From contig JAZSBR010000017.1 of assembly GCA_045602545.1 (NCBI GenBank), positions 2,675 through 66,674 on the forward strand: a stretch of 64,000 nucleotides of DNA, given 5' to 3'. The notes beneath the pieces were generated by a model that was not told where the DNA came from, did no database searches, and saw only the letters and a program-made list of their open reading frames with translations. This document shows, piece after piece, positions 29,639 through 36,350 of the stretch. Origin of the DNA: Alphaproteobacteria bacterium (GTDB lineage Bacteria > Pseudomonadota > Alphaproteobacteria > RF32 > CAG-239). The translations under genes and the position numbers were made by a program. Each line of letters starts with the position of its first letter. Positions within the stretch are counted from its first letter, which is position 1.

Positions 29639-30184
29639 TTACAAATCCTTATTCCGGCGCAGGAGAATATATAAGGCGCCGGTGCCGCCGAGTTTGGCAC
29701 TCGGGTTTTTATAAATCAAAATTGCCGCGCGCAGGTGTGGCAAATTCAGCCATTGCGGAACACTTTTTTTCAAAATTCCTTTAACGGCAAAAATATCGTC
29801 ATCATCGTTATGCGGCAAGCCTTTTCCGGTAACGATTATAATACAGCGAAGCCCGCGGTTATAACTTTTTGCCACAAAATTTTCCACCGCTTCAAAAGCC
29901 TGATTTTCCGTCATGCCGTGCAAATCCAAAATTGCCTCGGGGCGAAATTCCTCGCGTTTAAATTTCGTCAAAGTAGAATTGTCTATTCCGCCGAACTCGT
30001 GGTCATCCAAAAACTTGGAATTAAGCGAAAAATCCTGTTTGCTTAAATATTCTTTTTTCGGCTCGGTCGATTCGCTTCTTTTATGCTTAACGGCAACGCT
30101 TTCCGGCAAAACTTCCGGACGCTTTATCGGCGTAACATTTTCCAATGTTTCAAGCCAGAATTTTGTGTCTTCGTCGTTTGTCAT
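29639..30184 (-). CDS. Smr-domain protein
   Basis: ILDLHGMTENQA..IIIVTGKG Smr motif. Confidence 0.8.
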   Translation of the reverse strand: MTNDEDTKFWLETLENVTPIKRPEVLPESVAVKHKRSESTEPKKEYLSKQDFSLNSKFLDDHEFGGIDNSTLTKFKREEFRPEAILDLHGMTENQAFEAVENFVAKSYNRGLRCIIIVTGKGLPHNDDDDIFAVKGILKKSVPQWLNLPHLRAAILIYKNPSAKLGGTGALYILLRRNKDL

Positions 30185-31386
30185 CAGTCAACTTTCGGGG
30201 CTGAATTTTTAGGCAATAACAGATAATATTTTCCGGCGGAATTCATCCTTCCGGCAAAGTGAAGAGCGTCATCGCCGTGTCCCCAAAAATAATCACCGCG
30301 CACCGCGCCTTTGATTGCCGCACCGATGTCTTGAGCGAACATCAGTTTTTGCAACGGCTCTTTGTCAGGGCTGACCGTATCAAGCCACAAAACCGCGCCT
30401 AAAGGAATGAGAGAATTGTCAACAGCCATGCTTCTGCCGGCAGTTAAAGAAACGCCGAATGCCCCCATCGGACCGTCAGCATCGGACAAACGTTGAAAAA
30501 TAAAGCGCTCGTTTTCCTGCATCAGCTTTTTGGCTTCTTCGGGGTGCGTCCTCAGCCATTTTCTGATGTTTTCCATTGAAACTTCACCGGCTTTCAAAAG
30601 CTTCTTTTCCAGCATAATGGAGCCGATTCCCTTAAACTTGTGCCCGTTGTTGTCGGCATAACCGATTCTTAATTCCGAGCCGTCATCCATTTTGGCGATT
30701 GCCGAGCCTTGAATCTGCATAAAGTGAATATCCACCAAGTCATCAGCCCACATCAAAACCGGTGCATTAACCCCGTTATTTTCAATATCCGCACGCTTGT
30801 AATACGGCACAAATTTGCCGTTTTTCACATGTCCGACCAAACGAGTATTCGGTAAATCGGCGCCGAAATCACGCAAATTTATTTCAACCAAATCCTTAGG
30901 CTTGCCGTATATCGGATATTTGTAGCGGTCGCTTTTTTCCAAAGAGGCATGCACGGTTGCCTCATAATATGAGGTGAATTTGCCTATCGGGTTATTGCCG
31001 GCGGAAACAATATAAGGCGTGAATTTGTCTTCTAAAAACTTTTTCATTTTGGCGGAAGAATTTATGTTTTGCGCCGAAAAACTTTTGCACACGTTTTGAT
31101 AGTCCGCCGTTTTTATTTTGACGGCTGAATCAGCCAAATAGGCTTTTTTATTCAGCATAATTTTGGCGCAATTTTTTGCAAAAACCGGTATTGCTTTGGA
31201 AAAATCATCATTATTCCAGCCCTCAAGAACGGAAAACGAAGTTTTGCTCAACTTGAGCGGAGCCGAGATATGAGATTTTTCATCTTCATGCGAGCAGGCA
31301 AAAATAAAGCAAATAAGAGCCAGTGCCGAAAGGGTTTTAAGCGCTTTTTTTGGTTGAAACCAAAGTCCAAATATTGTTTTTTGCAT
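30184..31386 (-). CDS. mltA: membrane-bound lytic murein transglycosylase A (lipoprotein)
   Basis: Lipobox LICFIFAC after MQKTIFG.. and an MltA-type C-terminal block AQDIGAAIKGAVRGDYFWG. Start set at ATG 31386, which overlaps the upstream gene by 50 nt. Confidence 0.8.
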   Translation of the reverse strand: MQKTIFGLWFQPKKALKTLSALALICFIFACSHEDEKSHISAPLKLSKTSFSVLEGWNNDDFSKAIPVFAKNCAKIMLNKKAYLADSAVKIKTADYQNVCKSFSAQNINSSAKMKKFLEDKFTPYIVSAGNNPIGKFTSYYEATVHASLEKSDRYKYPIYGKPKDLVEINLRDFGADLPNTRLVGHVKNGKFVPYYKRADIENNGVNAPVLMWADDLVDIHFMQIQGSAIAKMDDGSELRIGYADNNGHKFKGIGSIMLEKKLLKAGEVSMENIRKWLRTHPEEAKKLMQENERFIFQRLSDADGPMGAFGVSLTAGRSMAVDNSLIPLGAVLWLDTVSPDKEPLQKLMFAQDIGAAIKGAVRGDYFWGHGDDALHFAGRMNSAGKYYLLLPKNSAPKVD

Positions 31387-32053
31387 TTTTCGGTCTTTCA
31401 AAAGTCCACATATCCGTAATTTTTTGCACGAAGTTTTCATCGCCTTCAATAACTTCGCCGTCTTTATTTTTCAAAATGCTGACCTGTTCACTGACGAACT
31501 CAACCACAACTTTTATGGTGTTTTTAAGGTTTTTAACATCCTTAATTTCGCTTTTATCAAAGCAGATGAAATCAACTTCGGAAGTTATGTTATCAGCACG
31601 GCGATTTTCAATAACCTGATTAAAGGCATCAAAAACTTTTTTACTCATCAGCTCGCGAACGGGCGTTAAATCTCCCTGATTGAAGGCCGATAAAATAAGT
31701 TCAAAAACTTTTTTTGCGCCGTTTAAGAAGATTTCTTTATTTAATTTTTCCTGCTCCTGATTTTCTTGTTCTTTCAAAGAATCTGTTGATAAAATGCTCA
31801 AATTATTGTCTTTTGGGTCAATAATCTGCGAAATATTTTGCAAAATTTGCTTTTCCTCAGTTTTATCAACAGGTTTAAGAATAATTTTGATACCGCTTTC
31901 TTTGTTATCAGTGCCGAACACTCTGTAAAGCCTGAAAAGCACGCCCAGCGCAAGAATAAGAAGAATTATAAACTCTAATGCAGACAACTTTATCACTCCG
32001 ATTTTAATTATGAACTCCCATAAATATATAACAAATAAAAATTTTATCAACAT
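31337..32053 (-). CDS. Tim44-like domain membrane protein
   Basis: N-terminal TM, then a C-terminal Tim44-like fold pattern (..DFICFDKSEIKDV..WTFERP). Divergent from secB, as is typical in Alphaproteobacteria. Confidence 0.7.
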   Translation of the reverse strand: MLIKFLFVIYLWEFIIKIGVIKLSALEFIILLILALGVLFRLYRVFGTDNKESGIKIILKPVDKTEEKQILQNISQIIDPKDNNLSILSTDSLKEQENQEQEKLNKEIFLNGAKKVFELILSAFNQGDLTPVRELMSKKVFDAFNQVIENRRADNITSEVDFICFDKSEIKDVKNLKNTIKVVVEFVSEQVSILKNKDGEVIEGDENFVQKITDMWTFERPKNAKNNIWTLVSTKKSA

Positions 32054-32122
32054 AAATATTTGACGATTGTGATTTTTTGTATTATGTTGAGCGAAAATTA
32101 AAAAAATTTAAGGAGATTTAAA

Positions 32123-32596
32123 ATGGCTAATGAAGCAAATAATCAAGCACAACCTGCGATTATGATTCGCAATCAATACATCAAAGATATGTCGCTCGAA
32201 ATTCCTTTTGCACCGGCAATTTTTAAGGAAGTTAACAATAATCAGCCGGAAATTCATGTTGATATGGGTATGAAAAGCGATGTTCAGGAAGACGGCTCGT
32301 ATGTTGTTTCGCTCGAAACAAAAATGGACGCTGATGTCAACGGCAAAAAGCTGTTTATTCTTGAGTTGACTTATTGTTCTAATTTGACTTTGAACATTCC
32401 GGAAGAACATAAAGAGCCGATTTTGATGATTGAATTACCGCGCTTGATGTTCCCGTTTGTACGCAGCATTGTTGCCACAAGTTTGGCAAATGCCGGCTTG
32501 CCTCCGTTGATGCTTAATCCGATTGATTTTGCCGCTATGTATCAGGATAAAAAAGCAAAAGAAGCGGCAGAGGCTGAAAAAGGCGAAAAGAAATAA
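32123..32596 (+). CDS. secB: protein-export chaperone SecB
   Basis: 157 aa. IRNQYIKDMSLEIP..LFPFVRSIVA and an acidic tail. Confidence 0.9.
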   Translation: MANEANNQAQPAIMIRNQYIKDMSLEIPFAPAIFKEVNNNQPEIHVDMGMKSDVQEDGSYVVSLETKMDADVNGKKLFILELTYCSNLTLNIPEEHKEPILMIELPRLMFPFVRSIVATSLANAGLPPLMLNPIDFAAMYQDKKAKEAAEAEKGEKK

Positions 32597-32597
32597 A

Positions 32598-33068
32598 ATG
32601 CGTCTTGCTTTATATCAACCTGATATTGCCCAAAACACAGGCACTTTGCTTCGGCTTGGTGCCTGTTTGGATTTGGAAATTGATATTATTGAACCGTGCG
32701 GGTTTATGTTTAATGAAAAAAATATGCGTCGCGCCGGCATGGATTATTTGGATTTTGCAAAATATCGCCGTCATGATTCGTGGGCTGATTTTTTGGCATA
32801 TCGCGATGCTCATCGGCAAGAATACGGGCGTTTGGTCTTGATGACGACCAAGGGCAAGACTTCATTTATAGATTTTGAGTTTTTGAAAAACGATATAATT
32901 TTAATGGGCAGAGAAAGTGCCGGAGTTCCGCAAAGCGTGCATGATATGGTTGATGCCAGACTATTGATTCCGATGAATAAAAACGCGCGCTCGGTGAATA
33001 TGGCAATTTCGGCGGCGATGGCGGTGACCGAAGGCTTGCGTCAAACAGACGGCTTCCCGAAGCTGTGA
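32598..33068 (+). CDS. trmL: tRNA (cytidine/uridine-2'-O)-methyltransferase, SpoU/TrmL type
   Basis: MRLALYQPDIAQNTGTLLRLGACL..LMGRESAGVP..IPM....RSVNMAISAAM. Start moved to ATG 32598; the track's upstream extension overlaps secB. Confidence 0.85.
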   Translation: MRLALYQPDIAQNTGTLLRLGACLDLEIDIIEPCGFMFNEKNMRRAGMDYLDFAKYRRHDSWADFLAYRDAHRQEYGRLVLMTTKGKTSFIDFEFLKNDIILMGRESAGVPQSVHDMVDARLLIPMNKNARSVNMAISAAMAVTEGLRQTDGFPKL

Positions 33069-33096
33069 TTACCTTATTTAATTTTCCAATTTTTAC

Positions 33097-33328
33097 TTTA
33101 CAAAGCAAAAATTTTTTGCTAACATCTTTTATAGAGCATAAAAGGCTCGGAGGTCAAGAAGCCTCTTGTAGATATAGTCCTTGCATAAAAGGATAGTTTT
33201 GTTTTCAGTCATATTCGTATGGCTGGAAGGTAGTGAAATAAGAGACCTTCTGGTTTGCGAATAAACTACACTATCTTATCTACAATAGTTTCTTGCTTCC
33301 AGTCGCCTTTTTTGGCGATTTTTCTTTT
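33097..33328 (+). promoter_or_regulatory. family promoter + structured leader RNA + terminator, copy 4
   Basis: -35 TTTACA (33097-33102), 17 nt, -10 TAACAT (33120-33125). RNA from about 33134. Terminator agtcgcc/ggcgatt plus U-run at 33301-33328. Confidence 0.75.
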
Positions 33329-33369
33329 ATGCTTAATTGGCATAATTTTTTGAAAAAAGGAAAATTAAG

Positions 33370-34152
33370 ATGAATAAAATTGTTTTATTAACAAGTGCGG
33401 CAGTAATGTGTTTTACCACAATCAGTAAATCAATAGCTGAAACCTGGGACTGCGGAGACCAAGGAAATAATGTCCAATGTACACTTGATGAGGATGGAAC
33501 TTTTACTGTTTCCGGCAGTGGTAAAATGGCGGATTATGAGTATGATACTTACGATGGGGTAGGAAATGGACCATCCTCAGGCGCGCCATGGGGAGGTAGT
33601 AGAGCGGCAATGAATAGAATCAAAAGTATAATAGTAAAAGATGGTGTAACAAAAATTGGCAAAGGATCTTTTACCGGAGCAGCAGCGCTTGTGAGTGTTT
33701 CCATGTCCGGAGTTGAAGTTGTGGGGGAACAAGCATTTCGTGATGCTTATTTATTGAAGGAAGCATATATGCCTAAGGTGGAAATAATTGAAACTGGTGG
33801 TTTTGATTGGAATAAGAGTCTTGAAAATGTGTATGCTCCAAGTGTCAGAATAATTGATTCTTTAGCATTTGAAAATGCAGTTTCGCTTAAATATATAGAA
33901 ATGGGTAATAATGTCTCTATAGGTTCTTCTGCATTTCATAATACTAAAATTCAAAACTGTGGAAATGGCGGAACCTGTATTAACTGTGGTGATAAATATG
34001 CGTTGTTAGGGAAAGGGTGTGTAAATAAATGCCCTGACAATTTTAAAATTAATGACGGTTATTGTGACCGCATTCGTTATACTCCTGCCGAAGCGGCTCA
34101 AGTTTTGCGCGATGATAATACAAACGAGGTGACAATTACGTTTAAAAAATAA
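33370..34152 (+). CDS. secreted BspA-type leucine-rich-repeat protein with family C-terminal tag
   Basis: Signal peptide. ETWDCGD..GTFTVSGSG N-terminus. LRR units (..IGKGSFTG.., ..VGEQAFRD.., ..IDSLAFEN.., ..IGSSAFHN..). Cys-rich module. Ends CDRIRYTPAEAAQVLRDDNTNEVTITFKK. Confidence 0.85.
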   Translation: MNKIVLLTSAAVMCFTTISKSIAETWDCGDQGNNVQCTLDEDGTFTVSGSGKMADYEYDTYDGVGNGPSSGAPWGGSRAAMNRIKSIIVKDGVTKIGKGSFTGAAALVSVSMSGVEVVGEQAFRDAYLLKEAYMPKVEIIETGGFDWNKSLENVYAPSVRIIDSLAFENAVSLKYIEMGNNVSIGSSAFHNTKIQNCGNGGTCINCGDKYALLGKGCVNKCPDNFKINDGYCDRIRYTPAEAAQVLRDDNTNEVTITFKK

Positions 34153-34205
34153 GCAAAAGGGAGGAAAGTTCCTCCCCTTAAAATTATTCTTCCTTGAGGG
34201 CTTAA

Positions 34206-35024
34206 TTATTCCGCCTCATAGGCTTTTTTGTCTTTCATAAAGCGCCAAACCGTGAACGGAATGGTTAAAATATAAACAAGTGTAACCAATCCGAGTGTCA
34301 GCCACGGCTGTGTCAACAAACAACTTATCAGCAGGGCAAACAAAATCATCAAAGGCAAAAACAAATCTGCCTTAACTTTGGTCTTTTTCAAAGATAACGT
34401 CGGAATTCGGCTAACCATTAAAAAGGCCACCAACAACATTAAAGCACTGCAAAAAAACTTGTTGCGCAAAATAAATTCCAACTCCGGATTATCAAACGAA
34501 ATCAACAACGGCATAACGGCAATCGCCGCAGCCATCGGAGCAGGTACGCCTACAAAATAATGCGACCAATATTCCGGCACATTTACATCTTCAAGCATTG
34601 TGTTGAAGCGCGCCAAACGCATTGCCATGCCGGCCGAAAACATCAGGGTGAAAATCCAGCCCCAATGCGGAAGAGCGTTTAAGCTCCATTCATACATTAA
34701 AATTGCCGGAGCAACTCCGAAACTCACAAAATCGGAAAGAGAATCAAGCTCTGCTCCGAATTTTGATGAAGCCTTTAATTTTCGGGCGACTCGTCCGTCA
34801 AGTCCATCAAAAATTCCGGCCAAAAATATGCAACCGATGGCAAAAGTCCATTTGCCTAGAATAGCATATTTTATGGTAGAAATTCCGGCACACAAAGCCA
34901 TTAAAGTTACGATATTCGGAGCCATTTTGCGAAAAGGAACTTCGCTCAACTTTCCGATTGCTTTTTGTTTTATTACACGGCGCGCGGCCTTGGCGCCGGC
35001 TGAAGTATATATTCTTCTGTTCAT
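34206..35024 (-). CDS. pssA: CDP-diacylglycerol--serine O-phosphatidyltransferase
   Basis: CDP-alcohol phosphatidyltransferase motif DGLDGRVAR..SKFGAELDSLSD and multiple TM helices. Confidence 0.85.
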   Translation of the reverse strand: MNRRIYTSAGAKAARRVIKQKAIGKLSEVPFRKMAPNIVTLMALCAGISTIKYAILGKWTFAIGCIFLAGIFDGLDGRVARKLKASSKFGAELDSLSDFVSFGVAPAILMYEWSLNALPHWGWIFTLMFSAGMAMRLARFNTMLEDVNVPEYWSHYFVGVPAPMAAAIAVMPLLISFDNPELEFILRNKFFCSALMLLVAFLMVSRIPTLSLKKTKVKADLFLPLMILFALLISCLLTQPWLTLGLVTLVYILTIPFTVWRFMKDKKAYEAE

Positions 35025-35731
35025 TATCTTATTTCTCCGTTTATGCTGGGAGCATCTGAATTAAAATCGGCAACAATGGTTTCTCCGCCGATAAGCGTCT
35101 GCCCCAAACAAACAAGCGGAGATGTTTTTTCCGGCAAATATAAGTCGGTATATCCGCCGAAACGGATAATTCCGAGGCGTTGCCCCGTTAAAAATTCATC
35201 GCCTTTTTTAAGGTTGCTTTTAATGCGCGGGGCGAAAAATGTTGCGGTTTGCACAACTGCAACATCACGGTTGCCTGAAGATTTAAGAGCAATCAGCATT
35301 CGTTCATTGCCAATATTGTTTTTATCAAGCGAATGCGAAAATTTTACTTCATCATCGTGATAAACATTGACAACGCGCGATTTTGTGGGAATTCGAGCAA
35401 TGTTCACATCAAAAATGTTTGAATAAATACTGATCTTGTTAAAAGTTTTGTTGCTCAAGCCCAAAACATCAGGACCTTTTTCTTTTGTGAGCGCCACAAC
35501 TTTTCCGTCTGCCGGAGCCACGATGATATCGTTGATATCAGGGGTTATGCGGTCAGGGTCACGAAAAGAATAAAAAATCCAAACGCTTATGCCTATTGCC
35601 ACACATCCGAGCGGAAGCCACAGTATTAAGAAAACAAGCGAAAGAATCGCCGAAATGCTGATAAATTTCCAGCCGTCTTCATTTATGTTGGGGAAAAGAA
35701 GAGTTTTTACGGATGTGTCAACCGATTTCAT
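35024..35731 (-). CDS. psd: phosphatidylserine decarboxylase-like protein (short form)
   Basis: 235 aa. N-terminal TMs, FRDPDR, PADG, and a C-terminal GQRLGIIRFGGYTDLYLP block. Coupled to pssA: the stop and start share base 35024. Confidence 0.75.
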   Translation of the reverse strand: MKSVDTSVKTLLFPNINEDGWKFISISAILSLVFLILWLPLGCVAIGISVWIFYSFRDPDRITPDINDIIVAPADGKVVALTKEKGPDVLGLSNKTFNKISIYSNIFDVNIARIPTKSRVVNVYHDDEVKFSHSLDKNNIGNERMLIALKSSGNRDVAVVQTATFFAPRIKSNLKKGDEFLTGQRLGIIRFGGYTDLYLPEKTSPLVCLGQTLIGGETIVADFNSDAPSINGEIR

Positions 35732-35855
35732 TTTAACTCCCTTTAAGAATACCGAAACGCTGTTTCTGCCATATTCTTAACAATGTTAAACCAAGCAAAA
35801 TCAAGTTTTGCGACAATTAATTAAACACATTTTGAAAAAAAATACAAGATTTATA

Positions 35856-35883
35856 TTGCATTTTTATTTTTTTGGGGTATAAA
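35856..35883 (+). promoter_or_regulatory. candidate promoter of tRNA-Leu
   Basis: TTGCAT (35856-35861), 16 nt, TATAAA (35878-35883), about 15 nt before the tRNA 5' end. Confidence 0.45.
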
Positions 35884-35898
35884 ACAATCTTGCATGAT

Positions 35899-35985
35899 GC
35901 GCTTGTGGCGGAATCGGTAGACGCTGCAGACTTAAAATCTGTTGCCCGCAAGGGCGTGCCAGTTCAAGTCTGGCCTAGCGCACCA
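35899..35985 (+). tRNA. tRNA-Leu, anticodon UAA (class II, long variable arm), CCA encoded
   Basis: Manual fold. Acceptor GCGCUUG/CUAGCGC has one U-U mismatch. D-arm GCGG-AAUCGGUAGA-CGC. Anticodon loop CUUAAAA. Variable arm UGCCCGCAAGGGCG. T-arm GCCAG-UUCAAGU-CUGGC. Ends ACCA. Confidence 0.9.
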
Positions 35986-35999
35986 AATTTTTTGATTAA

Positions 36000-36024
36000 A
36001 GCACCTTTCAAAGGTGCTTTTTTC
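36000..36024 (+). terminator. terminator after tRNA-Leu
   Basis: gcacc-tttcaaa-ggtgc followed by a T6 run. Confidence 0.65.
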
Positions 36025-36350
36025 GCTTTTATGCGGTGAAAGTTCAAATAGCGAAACATTTAATAAAACCGGCATAAAATAAGAGTATTTTTTTATAAAA
36101 GTAAATAAAATCAAAAAGTTAAGCGTAAAACAGCTGGTCAATTTAAACCAACGTTTGTTGTCAACACTTTTTTTCATTTTTTTAATTTTTCGTCAAAAAG
36201 GATTTTAAGCCTTATAATTATTGCTTTTTAGGCATATCATTCTAACCTGACTCGTTCTGAAATTTTTCATTTTTTCATTGGTGGAAATAAACGTTCGTTT
36301 TGTTACAATTAGACAAATGACAAAATAAATTGATAGTAAAGGATACGAAA

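Noticed and set aside
32523-32597. Upstream extension of the trmL ORF (K/R-rich 25 aa)
   Set aside because: It overlaps the secB 3' end in another frame. The conserved TrmL N-terminus begins at MRLALYQPDI (ATG 32598).
33218-33232. Possible leader peptide (AUG GCU GGA AGG UAG/UGA, 'MAGR') inside the leader RNA
   Set aside because: It is present only in the long-subtype copies. It is absent from copies 1, 3 and 7 and has no SD. The conservation is better explained by the GGAAGG pairing box.
35932-36177. 81-aa minus-strand ORF
   Set aside because: It overlaps tRNA-Leu and its terminator.
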